This document shows, piece after piece, positions 41,131-50,108 of a stretch of 64,000 nucleotides of DNA (its first letter is position 1; each line of letters starts with the position of its first letter). The translations under genes and the position numbers were made by a program. Under the pieces are notes generated by a model, which worked only from the letters and a program-made list of their open reading frames with translations, was not told the origin of the DNA and did not search any database. Origin of the DNA: Myxococcota bacterium (GTDB taxonomy: Bacteria > Myxococcota_A > UBA9042 > PHBI01 > JAWLBL01); the NCBI GenBank assembly GCA_041687695.1, contig JAWLBL010000002.1, positions 134,761-198,760 on the forward strand. Direction: 5' to 3'.

Positions 41131-42555
41131 ATGTCGGACCAAGCAGCCACTCGGCCCCTGGTGTGGGTCGTCGACGACAGCCCGCTCGAGGCGCGCCACG
41201 CGCGCGAGATCCTCGAGGGCCGCTACGAGGTCGAGGTCTTCGGCGACGGCGCGACCATGCTCGAGCGGCTCGAAGGCGCGCCGACACCGGACGTGCTGGT
41301 CCTCGACTGGGTGATGCCCGAGCTGAGCGGCCTCGACATCTGCCGCTTCATCCGCGCCCGCCGCGATCGCGCCGCGAGCCTGGGCATATTGATGGTCACC
41401 GCGCAGCGCCAGACCGAGCAGCTCGTCGCCGGGTTCGCCGCGGGCGCCGACGACTACCTCCCCAAGCCCTTCGCCCCCGAGGAGCTGCGCGCCCGCGTCG
41501 GGGCGCTCGCGCGGACCCGCATGCTGCTCGACCGGGCCGAGCGGGCCGAGGCCGACTTCCGGCACCTGCTCGCGAGCCTCCCCGACCCGGTGCTGGTGCT
41601 GAACGACAAGCGCGTGGTGACGTACGCCAACGACGAGGCCAAGCGCCTCCTCGGCCCCCCCGACAGCAGCGTCATCGGCCAGCCGCTCGCCCAGCTCGTC
41701 CCCGAGCTCGACGCCCAGCTCGCCGACCCGGCCTTCGACAGCGCGGCGCTCCTGCCCGACCTGCGCGTCTGGAACCGCATCTACTCGCCCTCGGTCGCCG
41801 CCCTGTCGCGGCGCGGCCCCCAGCACCACGCCGTGGCGCTGCGCGACGTGACCTGGCAGCGGCAGAACGCCAACCGTCGCGCCGACGTGTACGCCGTGGT
41901 CGCCCACGACCTCCGCTCGCCGCTGACGGCGATGACCCTGCGCCTCGAGCGCCTGCTGCGCCGCCAGCGCGACGCCATGGCGCCCGATCTGGTGGTCGAG
42001 CTGGGCAAGATCCAGGCCAGCGTGGGCGCCATGATCGCGATGACCAACGAGTTCCTGGACTTCGCGCGGCTCGAGAGCGGCCAGTTCCCGATGGAGCGCG
42101 AGCGCTTCGACCTGTGGCAGGTGGTCGCCGACACGCTCGAGGAGCTCGCGCCCCTGTTCGAGGTCAACGACCTGACCATCGAGCGCGACGGCGCCGCGGG
42201 CCGGTCCTTCGTCGTCGGCGACCGCCGCCGGCTGGGGCAGGTGGTCTCGAACCTGGTCGCCAACGCCGTGAAGTTCACCCCGCCCACCGGCACCATCCGG
42301 GTCTGCGTGCGCGACCAGGACGACGGCTTCGAGGTGCGCGTCGAGGACACGGGCTGCGGCATCGACCCCGCCCGCATCCCCCACCTGTTCAACCGCTACA
42401 CGCGGGCCGTGGACACCCACCACGAGGTCAGCGGGACCGGCCTCGGCCTGATGATCGTGCGCGAGATCGTGCAGGCCCACGGCGGCCAGGTCGGCGCGAC
42501 CAGCGAGCCGGGCGAGGGCAGCACCTTCTGGTTTCGGCTGCCCCGCCCGAGCTGA
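41131..42555 (+). CDS. Hybrid sensor kinase REC-PAS-HisKA-HATPase
   Basis: VVDDS..LDWVMP..KPF; AHDLRSPL; NLVANAVKF, DTGCG, GTGLGL. Confidence 0.94.
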   Translation: MSDQAATRPLVWVVDDSPLEARHAREILEGRYEVEVFGDGATMLERLEGAPTPDVLVLDWVMPELSGLDICRFIRARRDRAASLGILMVTAQRQTEQLVAGFAAGADDYLPKPFAPEELRARVGALARTRMLLDRAERAEADFRHLLASLPDPVLVLNDKRVVTYANDEAKRLLGPPDSSVIGQPLAQLVPELDAQLADPAFDSAALLPDLRVWNRIYSPSVAALSRRGPQHHAVALRDVTWQRQNANRRADVYAVVAHDLRSPLTAMTLRLERLLRRQRDAMAPDLVVELGKIQASVGAMIAMTNEFLDFARLESGQFPMERERFDLWQVVADTLEELAPLFEVNDLTIERDGAAGRSFVVGDRRRLGQVVSNLVANAVKFTPPTGTIRVCVRDQDDGFEVRVEDTGCGIDPARIPHLFNRYTRAVDTHHEVSGTGLGLMIVREIVQAHGGQVGATSEPGEGSTFWFRLPRPS

Positions 42556-42569
42556 CGACGCGCGCCGGG

Positions 42570-44000
42570 TCAGGGCCCCGACACCCGGGGCGCCGCGGCG
42601 GGCGCCTTGCTGCCGACGATGAAGGTCTTGGCCAGGCTGGCCGACGGGATGTCGTACAGCGCGAACTCGGCCTCGTGCAGGTAGCCGAGCACCAGGGTCT
42701 GGCCGTCGGGCAGCAGGTTGACCAGATCGGGGTTGCAGCGCGACGGAGCGCCGGGCGTGCGGCACTCGAGGGTCAGGTACACGATGGCGCCGGTCTGGAC
42801 GTCGAGGCGGAACAGGCCGCCGTCGATGAGGTAGACCACCTCGCCGTCGGGGGTCATGACGTACTCGTACAGATCCACCTCGGGGCCGCTCGTCTCGCGC
42901 AGCGTGCGGGTCGCGATGTCGACCAGGACGATGCCGTCGTAGCTGGCGTCGTGCAGGACCGAGAACAACAGGACGACCTCGCCGTCGGGGGTGATCTGGT
43001 AGATCGGCATCGAGTCGCCCAGCTCCAGCAGCTCCCACGCGTGGGTCTCGACGTCGATGAACATCAGGCTGTAGGCGGCGCTGGTCTTCACGCCCACCGC
43101 GGCCAGGTCCGCCTTGCGCGCGAACCCGATCGCCGTCGCGCCGTCCGGCGAGTAGGCGACCGGGCCGAAGCCCGGCAGGTTCTTCACGAACGCCCGCTTG
43201 GTCATGTCGATGACCGAGATGGGATCCTGGTGGCAGCCGGTCGGCGCCAGCAGGGCGGTGCGGCCGTCGGGCGCGATCTCCAGCGTGCTCGCGCAGTTGG
43301 GCACCTCGAACGAGGTGTCGGCGCCGCCGCCGAACGGCTGGAACAGGGTCACCCGCGTCGTCGCCTGGCCGAGATCCTCGACCACCGCCAGCTCACCCGG
43401 GGCGTGGGTCCAGCGCACGTCGCGCACGTGCGCCTCGAAGGTCCGCACCTTCACCGCGGCCTTGCCCTCGGCCGCCAGATCGATGGCGCCGACGCGCCGC
43501 ACCACCTTGGGCTCCTCGCCTTCGACCACGGCGCCGCCGGTCCAGGACCAGACCGCCAGGCGCTGCCCCGCCGGATCGATGGTCAGGTAGCTCGCCTCGA
43601 GGTCGAGCGTCCACGAGCGCAGCTTCTTGCCGGTCGCGAGCGAGATCTCGACCACCCGGCTGTCCCCCGCGCTGGTCGAGGACACGAAGTAGCCGCGGTC
43701 CTGCCGCCCGAACACCATCCGATGCGCGCCGGCGTCGACCGCCAGCGGCACCGAGCCGAAGGTGCTCAGGTCGGCCGACCAGACGCGGGCCACCGGGTCG
43801 TCGATCTGCGCGACCAGGTAGCGGCCGTCCTCGCTGACGATGAGCGAGGTGCCCAGCACGTTGCCGTCGGGCGCGTTGCCCGGCTTCGACTCGCTCAGGC
43901 TCTTGCCGCCGATCTCGACGCACGCGGCGACCAGGGCCGCGGCCATCAGCGGCGCGACGTAGCGCCCGGTTCCCCCCATCATCTTCGTCCACAGCTTCAT
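42570..44000 (-). CDS. YncE-like beta-propeller lipoprotein
   Basis: VAAC lipobox; repeated (S/T)PDG blades; AGGAGAG RBS. Confidence 0.8.
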   Translation of the reverse strand: MKLWTKMMGGTGRYVAPLMAAALVAACVEIGGKSLSESKPGNAPDGNVLGTSLIVSEDGRYLVAQIDDPVARVWSADLSTFGSVPLAVDAGAHRMVFGRQDRGYFVSSTSAGDSRVVEISLATGKKLRSWTLDLEASYLTIDPAGQRLAVWSWTGGAVVEGEEPKVVRRVGAIDLAAEGKAAVKVRTFEAHVRDVRWTHAPGELAVVEDLGQATTRVTLFQPFGGGADTSFEVPNCASTLEIAPDGRTALLAPTGCHQDPISVIDMTKRAFVKNLPGFGPVAYSPDGATAIGFARKADLAAVGVKTSAAYSLMFIDVETHAWELLELGDSMPIYQITPDGEVVLLFSVLHDASYDGIVLVDIATRTLRETSGPEVDLYEYVMTPDGEVVYLIDGGLFRLDVQTGAIVYLTLECRTPGAPSRCNPDLVNLLPDGQTLVLGYLHEAEFALYDIPSASLAKTFIVGSKAPAAAPRVSGP

Positions 44001-44053
44001 ACGGTCTCTCCTGCGTTCGGGTCGCGGCGCCTTCACCGCGTGACCCGAGCCAC

Positions 44054-44069
44054 AGCAAGTCCCGTGCCG
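44054..44069 (-). promoter_or_regulatory. Sigma54 (-24/-12) promoter
   Basis: Minus strand CGGCACG-GGAC-TTGCT with exact GG-N10-GC spacing, 54 nt upstream of ATG 44000. Confidence 0.7.
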
Positions 44070-44137
44070 TTCGACACCCGAGGGCGTGCGTGCGGATTGC
44101 GAGGGGTCTGGCCACGGCGCGTACGACAGCCGGGGGG

Positions 44138-45301
44138 TCAGCCCAGGTGGCGGCCGCCCTCGACGACGCGCTGGCCGTCCACCTCGACCACGTCGACCAG
44201 GCCGGGGTGGCCGGCCGTCAGCGCGGCCGCCAGCGGGTCGGGGCAGCCCTGCAGGGCGCGCGCGTCGGCGCGCAGGGTCACGCGGTCGCCGTCCGAGGGC
44301 AGGCCCAGCGACGAGTAACCGTGGTCGTGGCCGACGCGCTGGAGCACCGGGGCGACCCGGCCCTGGGCGTCGACCAGGACGCAGCGGGTGAGGGTGGCGG
44401 CGCGGGCCTGAAGCTCGGCGAGGCGCAGCTCGCTGAAGGGGTCGATGACGGCGTGGCTGTCGGAGCCGATGGCCAGCCGGACCCCGGCGGCGTGGAGGTC
44501 GGCCGTGCGCGGGACGCCGTCGCCCAGGTCCCCTTCGGTGGTCGGGCACAGGCCGACCAGGCTGCCCGAGGCGGCGAGGCGCGCCACGTCCTCGTCGTCG
44601 AGCCAGGTCGCGTGCACGGCCGTGAAGTCGGGGCCGAGCACCCCCTCGCGGGCGAGGAGGCCGACCGGAGACAGGCCGGTGGCGGCGCGGCAGGCGGCGA
44701 CCTCGGCCGGCTGCTCGCTGACGTGGGCGTGCAGCGGCAGCCCACGCGCGCGGGCGCCGGCGGCGAGCGGGCCGAGCCAGGCCTCGGGGACGGCGCGGAC
44801 GCTGTGCAGGGCCAGGCCCAGGCGGACGCGGCGGCCGTCGGCCTCGGTGGCCAGCACGTCGAGGGCGCGCCAGACGTCGTCCACGGCGCGCGACGCGAAG
44901 CGGGCCTGGGCGCCGGACAGCGGCGCGTCGAAGCCGCCGCGGGCGTAGACGGTCCACAGCAGGGTCAGCCGGACGCCGGCCTGGCGGGCGGCCCGGATGA
45001 CGGCGCGGGCGGCCGCGACCGGGTCGCCGGGCCACGGGGCGCCGTCGGGCCCGTGGTGCAGGTAGTGGAACTCGCCGACGGCGGTGTAGCCGGCCTCGAG
45101 CCCCTCTACGAAGGTCAGGCGGGCGGCGGCCTCGATGCCGGCGAGGTCGAGGGAGCCGGCGAGGGCGTACATGCGCTCGCGCCAGGTCCAGAAGGTGTCG
45201 TCACGCGCGGGGTCGCGGCGCTGCACGCCGCCGCGGAGCAGGCGTTGGAAGGCGTGCGAGTGGACGTTGGCGAAGCCGGGCAGGGCGAGGGCGGCCGGCA
45301 C
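44138..45301 (-). CDS. hutF: Formimidoylglutamate deiminase-like amidohydrolase
   Basis: NVHSHAFQR, FWTWRERMY, EFHYLHH, HSVRAV, HVSEQ, CPTTEGDLGDG, GSDS. Confidence 0.88.
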   Translation of the reverse strand: MPAALALPGFANVHSHAFQRLLRGGVQRRDPARDDTFWTWRERMYALAGSLDLAGIEAAARLTFVEGLEAGYTAVGEFHYLHHGPDGAPWPGDPVAAARAVIRAARQAGVRLTLLWTVYARGGFDAPLSGAQARFASRAVDDVWRALDVLATEADGRRVRLGLALHSVRAVPEAWLGPLAAGARARGLPLHAHVSEQPAEVAACRAATGLSPVGLLAREGVLGPDFTAVHATWLDDEDVARLAASGSLVGLCPTTEGDLGDGVPRTADLHAAGVRLAIGSDSHAVIDPFSELRLAELQARAATLTRCVLVDAQGRVAPVLQRVGHDHGYSSLGLPSDGDRVTLRADARALQGCPDPLAAALTAGHPGLVDVVEVDGQRVVEGGRHLG

Positions 45302-45304
45302 GGC

Positions 45305-46249
45305 TCAGTCGGTGCCCGTGCGCGCGGGCTGCGAGGCGGCCGAGTGCAGATCGGGCGCGACGTAGAACGACCACTGCACCGGGCCCTCGCCGAAGCGCAG
45401 GCCGATGTGCTCGACGGTGCCGACCTCGAGCTCGGCGCCGATGCGGCTGGGCGACAGGTCGGGGTCGGTCAGGACGCCGGTGGCGCGCAGGGTGCGCTCG
45501 AGGCCGGCGATGGGCAGGTGGAAGTAGTCCAGCTTGACCGAGTCGAAGGGGTCGCCGTCGGCCACCAGCAGGCTGACGAAGGCGTCGCGGACCGGCTCGA
45601 GGCGCGGGGCGTTCGGGCTGCCCACGCCGTGCATGGCCTCGACGAAGGGGCGCCACTCGGGGCCGCGCAGGCCGAAGCGCTCGAAGGCTTGCACGAGGCG
45701 GTGGTGCAGGTCGCCCGGGGCCTCGTCGTAGGCGTGCAGGTAGACGCTGTACAGCGGGCGCTCGCCCGGGGCGACGCGGGCGCCGAACAGGCCGATGCGG
45801 TGGCTGCCGAGGAGGGCCGCGAGCTCGCGCACGGCCTCTTGCTCGGGGCCGTCCACGCCGAGCCGGCCGAGGAGATCGAGGCCGACGTCGACCTCCAGGG
45901 CCTTTCGGAAGTAGAGCCCCGCGTCCATGTGGCCGTCGTCGTCGGTGGCGAGGCGCACCAGCATCCAGTCGTCGACGGCCTGCTGCAGGCGGGCCACCTC
46001 GTCGCGGGCCGAGGCGTCGAACCCGGCTTCGACCAGGAAGTCCGCCACCCGCCGGCCGAACGCCTTGCCGCAGCCCAGCGTGAGCGCGGCCAGCTGGCGG
46101 CCGGGCATCTGGACGCCCACCTCGCCGAAGTGGCGCAGGTAGCCTTCGAAGGCCTCGCAGAAGGCGAGCAGGACCGGGCCGGGCGCGGTGCCGACGGAAG
46201 CCCCGAGCCGGTGGGCGATGGACAGGGGCGTGGGCTGGGGCGCGTTCAA
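45305..46249 (-). CDS. Hypothetical protein, possible ABBA/PT-barrel fold
   Basis: Good coding bias; repeating helix-helix-strand-strand pattern; start TTG 46249 or 46321. Confidence 0.65.
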   Translation of the reverse strand: MNAPQPTPLSIAHRLGASVGTAPGPVLLAFCEAFEGYLRHFGEVGVQMPGRQLAALTLGCGKAFGRRVADFLVEAGFDASARDEVARLQQAVDDWMLVRLATDDDGHMDAGLYFRKALEVDVGLDLLGRLGVDGPEQEAVRELAALLGSHRIGLFGARVAPGERPLYSVYLHAYDEAPGDLHHRLVQAFERFGLRGPEWRPFVEAMHGVGSPNAPRLEPVRDAFVSLLVADGDPFDSVKLDYFHLPIAGLERTLRATGVLTDPDLSPSRIGAELEVGTVEHIGLRFGEGPVQWSFYVAPDLHSAASQPARTGTD

Positions 46250-46366
46250 CGTCGAAGTCCTGGGCCCTGGAAACGGGCGCGTACCGATCGCGAGCCTAAC
46301 CCTAGCCTCCCGCCGTTTCAACGGGGCGGACCCGGGAGGCGCCTCGTGGAGGCAGGCCGCCGCGGC

Positions 46367-48040
46367 TCAGCGGCGGCTGAGGTCGACGGTGAGGCGGCGC
46401 TCGGCGCCGGGGCTGATGCGGACGCGGTGCGTCTGGGCGCCCAGGGTGTCGTGGGTGAGGGTGACCGTGTAGGTGCCCGGGGCGAGGGCGCGCTTGAGCA
46501 CGGGCGTGACACCGAGCGGGGCGCCGTCGACGCTGACGCGGGCCCAGGGCTTGGCCGACACGGTGAGGAAGCCGTCGGCGTGGGCGGCGGGTCGGGAGGC
46601 CGAAGCGGGGGAGGGGCGAGGAGGTGGGGTCGGGGTCGGGGTCGGGGCCGGGGCCCGGACCGGTTCCGTGGCTGGTTCCGTGGCCGGTGCCGTGACCGTG
46701 GGCGTGGGCGTGGCGGGCTCCGTGGCCGTCGCCGGTTCGGAGGCCGTGGCCGCGGCCGTGGCGGGCTCCGTGGCCGGTGCCGTGGCCGTGGCGGGCTCCG
46801 CGGCGGGCTTTGTGGCCGTCGCCGGTTCGGTGGCCGTGGCCGTGGCTGGTTCCGGGGCCGTGAGCGTGGCCGGTTCGGACGGGGTGGCCGTGGCCGGCTG
46901 CGTGGGCGGGTCCGAGGCGGCCCAGAGCAGCAGGGCCACGAGGGCGACGGCGGCGGAGCAGGCCGCGAGGACGAGCGGCAGACGCGACCGCGGGGCGGCG
47001 GTGGGCAGGACGGGCCGGGGGAGGTCCGCGGGGGTCGGGAGGAGCGGCTCGGGACGCCGGGCCTCGAGGCGGTTGGGCTGGAAGTCGATGGCCGTGTCCT
47101 GGTGATCGGCGCGCAGGGCGTGCAGGACGCGGCGGGTGGTGACCTCCATGCGGCCGCGCAGGCCCAGGCGCGAGGCGGCCAGGGCGCGGCGGAAGTCCTC
47201 GACGGTGCGGAAGCGGTCGGCGGGGCGCTTGGCCATGGCCTTGAGCACCGCGCGTTCGAAGGCGCGGGGCAGCTGGTAGGGCGAGCCGGCCTCCGACAGG
47301 GGCGGCGGCGCCTCCTCGACCTGCATGCGCAGGATCTCGCGCGGGTCGGCGGCCTGGAAGGGCGGGCGGCCGGCCAGCAGCTCCCAGGTCATCAGCCCCA
47401 GCGCGTACTGGTCCGAGCGCGGGTCGACCGGCTGACCGAGGGCCTGCTCGGGGCTCATCGTGCGGGGCGTGCCGATGCGGTCGCCCAGGTCGGTCAGCTC
47501 CTGCACGCGGCGGCGGTCGGCCTCGGGGCTCTCGGCGGCGACGGTCAGCACGCCGAAGTCGATGAGCTTGACGAAGAGCGGGTCGCCCGGGACCGGCGTG
47601 ACCATGACGTTCGACCACTTGAGGTCGCGGTGGACCACGCCGACCGCGTGGGCCGCCGTCAGGGCGCGCGCCAGCTGCGAGACCACGTGGACGATGTCGT
47701 CGAGCCCCAGCGGCGGCACGCGCCCGACCAGGGTGGTCCCCGGCGCGCCCGGGATCAGCTCCATCACCAGGAAGGGCCGCCCGTCCTCGTCACGGCCGTA
47801 GTCGTAGTAGGTGACCAGGTTCGGGTGGCTCAGATCGCAGATGGCCCGCGCCTCGCGCTCGAAGCGCACCAGCGCGTCGGCGCGGCCCGCGTACTTCGCC
47901 CGCAGCACCTTCAGCGCCACCTCGCGGCCCAGCGACAGCTGCTCGGCCCGCCACACCGCCCCCATGCCGCCGCGCGACAGGAGCGACCGCAGGCGATAGC
48001 GCCCCGCGACGACCCTCCCGGGTTGGTACGGCTGGCCCAC
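46367..48040 (-). CDS. Ser/Thr kinase with TM, Pro/Thr/Ala linker and C-terminal PEGA domain
   Basis: HRDLKWSN, IDFG, GTPRTMSPEQ; ATEPAT repeats; LTVSAKPWARVSVDG..LGVTP. Confidence 0.93.
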   Translation of the reverse strand: MGQPYQPGRVVAGRYRLRSLLSRGGMGAVWRAEQLSLGREVALKVLRAKYAGRADALVRFEREARAICDLSHPNLVTYYDYGRDEDGRPFLVMELIPGAPGTTLVGRVPPLGLDDIVHVVSQLARALTAAHAVGVVHRDLKWSNVMVTPVPGDPLFVKLIDFGVLTVAAESPEADRRRVQELTDLGDRIGTPRTMSPEQALGQPVDPRSDQYALGLMTWELLAGRPPFQAADPREILRMQVEEAPPPLSEAGSPYQLPRAFERAVLKAMAKRPADRFRTVEDFRRALAASRLGLRGRMEVTTRRVLHALRADHQDTAIDFQPNRLEARRPEPLLPTPADLPRPVLPTAAPRSRLPLVLAACSAAVALVALLLWAASDPPTQPATATPSEPATLTAPEPATATATEPATATKPAAEPATATAPATEPATAAATASEPATATEPATPTPTVTAPATEPATEPVRAPAPTPTPTPPPRPSPASASRPAAHADGFLTVSAKPWARVSVDGAPLGVTPVLKRALAPGTYTVTLTHDTLGAQTHRVRISPGAERRLTVDLSRR

Positions 48041-48055
48041 CGCCGGCGACCCGGG

Positions 48056-48988
48056 CTACTCGCGCCCGCTGATGCGCTTGAGCCACCCGCGCCAGCCGCC
48101 GTCGCCGTCCGCGCCGGCCTCGACCCCCGCCTGCTCCTTGACGGCCGCCTCGAGCGCCCGGCTGAAGTACAGGACCGACGCGAACCGGTCCTCCGGGTTC
48201 TTCGACAGCGCCCGCAGCACCGCCGCGTCGAACGCCGGCGGCACGTTGTAGCCCGACGCGATGAGCGACGGCGGCGGCTCCTTGACGTGCATCGTCAGCA
48301 GCACCGCCTTGTTCTCGTCGACGAAGGGGCGCCGTCCGGCGACCAGCTCGTAGGTCATGACGCCCAGCGCGTACTGGTCGGCGCGCCCGTCCAGGGGGCG
48401 CCCCAGGATCTGCTCGGGCGCCGTGTACTCGGGCGTCCCGAGCAGCACCCCGGCGCGCGTCAGCTTGCGCTGCGGCGCGACGTGGTCGGCGAAGCGGATG
48501 ATCCCGAAGTCGATGAGCTTGACGAACAGGGGGTCGTCGTCCTGCGGGGTGATCATCACGTTCGACCACTTGAGGTCGCGGTGGATGATGCCGCGGTCGT
48601 GGGCGATGGACAGCGCCGAGCACAGCTGGCGCACGACGTGCACGATGGCGCCGAGGCTCAGCGGCGGCACGCGCCGCACCAGCTTGAAGCCCGGGTAGCC
48701 GTCGATGAGCTCCGTCACCAGGAAGGGCCGGCCCTCGTCGTCGGTCCCGTGGTCCTGATAGGCGACGATGTGCGGGTGCTTGAGGTCGCCGACCGCCTGC
48801 GCCTCGCGCTCGAAGCGCTCGACCAGGTCGTCGCGGCTCAGGTACTGGTCCAGCAGCACCTTCAGCGCCACCTCCTGACCGGAGTAGACGTGCTCGGCGC
48901 GGTGGATGGCGCCCATCGCCCCCTTGGACAGGGGCCCGACGATCCGGTACCGATTGGCGATGACGTCGCCGGGTGCATACGCGCTCAA
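48056..48988 (-). CDS. Ser/Thr kinase, catalytic domain only
   Basis: VALK, HRDLKWSN, IDFG, GTPEYTAPEQ, DQYALG; TTG start. Confidence 0.93.
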   Translation of the reverse strand: MSAYAPGDVIANRYRIVGPLSKGAMGAIHRAEHVYSGQEVALKVLLDQYLSRDDLVERFEREAQAVGDLKHPHIVAYQDHGTDDEGRPFLVTELIDGYPGFKLVRRVPPLSLGAIVHVVRQLCSALSIAHDRGIIHRDLKWSNVMITPQDDDPLFVKLIDFGIIRFADHVAPQRKLTRAGVLLGTPEYTAPEQILGRPLDGRADQYALGVMTYELVAGRRPFVDENKAVLLTMHVKEPPPSLIASGYNVPPAFDAAVLRALSKNPEDRFASVLYFSRALEAAVKEQAGVEAGADGDGGWRGWLKRISGRE

Positions 48989-49116
48989 GGTGGCGCTCCC
49001 TGGGTGACCCCCAGCCGGTGGACTGAAACCCGCAAGCCGCTCGACAACTTAACGCGCCCGGCCCCATCCGTCGACACCACCGCGCGGCCCTGGCCGGCGC
49101 GCCGGGGACCCCCGCC

Positions 49117-50094
49117 ATGCTCCCTGTCGCCCTGACGCTGCTGCTCGCCCTCGGCGCGCCCACCGCCGAGCCCGCCCAGGTCCTGTGGACCACCGGCGAC
49201 GTGCGCCTGCTGCCCGACGGCGCCACCCTCGAGCCGCCCCCCGCCGAGGCCCCGCCCCTCGAGCCGGTCGCGGTGGCCGACACCCTGCCCACCGAGGCCG
49301 AGCTGCTCCTCGAGGCCGACGCCGACGCCCGCGTGCTCGTCGGCGGGGCCGTGCTGGCGGTCGCCACCGGCCCGGGCCGCTTCCGCGTCGGCGCGACCGG
49401 CCTGCAGCACGTCGAGGGCGCCGGCCGCGTCCTCGCCGTCCCCCTGACCGGCTTCACCCTCGGCCCCCGCCCGCCCGCCGTCGCCGCCGACCCCACCGGC
49501 CCCGCGGAGACCGGCCCTCGCGCGCTGCGCATCACCAGCCCGCGCCACACGGCGATCACCGACCCCGACCCCACCCTGCGTTGGCGCGCCCCGGCCGGGC
49601 CGGCCCGCTTCGACTTCACCCTGTGGCGGCTCGACGCGGGCGGGCGCCAGGTGCTGATGGAGCGTTGGCGGGGGCTGGCCGGCCGCACCCACGTCCCGGC
49701 CGGGCCGCTGAAGCCGGGCGCGACCTACCGCTGGACCGTCGCCGTGCAGGGCGCGGCGTCCGACGCCGCCGGGGCCGCCGACGAGGCCTGGTTCGAGGTG
49801 CTCACCGCGGACCAGGTGCGCGAGGTCGAGGGCGCCCTCAGCGCGCTCGACGCGGCCAAGGATCGCGTGCCGCGGCCCTCCCTCGAGCTCGAGGTCCTCC
49901 GCGCCCGCCTGCTCGAGTCCCACGGCCTCCTCGCGGCCGCCGAGCAGGTCTGGCAGCAACTCGCCGACCGCGAGCCCGACCGCCCCGAGCTCCAGCGCCA
50001 GGCCCAGCGCCTCCGCCGCCGACAGCTCGGCACCCCCCGCCCCCGCCTCGACGAGCTGATGCCCTTCGGCGTCGAGCTGCCCGCGCTCCCCTGA
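49117..50094 (+). CDS. Secreted protein with DUF928-like C-terminal domain
   Basis: Signal peptide; PTLRW...LKPGATYRWTV...WF.VL, then helical ARLLE.HGL...A motif. Confidence 0.65.
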   Translation: MLPVALTLLLALGAPTAEPAQVLWTTGDVRLLPDGATLEPPPAEAPPLEPVAVADTLPTEAELLLEADADARVLVGGAVLAVATGPGRFRVGATGLQHVEGAGRVLAVPLTGFTLGPRPPAVAADPTGPAETGPRALRITSPRHTAITDPDPTLRWRAPAGPARFDFTLWRLDAGGRQVLMERWRGLAGRTHVPAGPLKPGATYRWTVAVQGAASDAAGAADEAWFEVLTADQVREVEGALSALDAAKDRVPRPSLELEVLRARLLESHGLLAAAEQVWQQLADREPDRPELQRQAQRLRRRQLGTPRPRLDELMPFGVELPALP

Positions 50095-50108
50095 CACCCC
50101 GCGCCCCC

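Noticed and set aside
41163..44318. 1051-aa ORF on + strand
   Set aside because: Alternative frame of the hybrid kinase plus antisense of the propeller gene.
46625..46900. Hexamer-like repeats as a DNA element
   Set aside because: They encode the in-frame ATEPAT/PT linker of the membrane kinase.
44090..49135. 1681-aa ORF on + strand
   Set aside because: Antisense shadow of hutF, the hypothetical gene and two kinases; stop-free frames are expected at this GC content.
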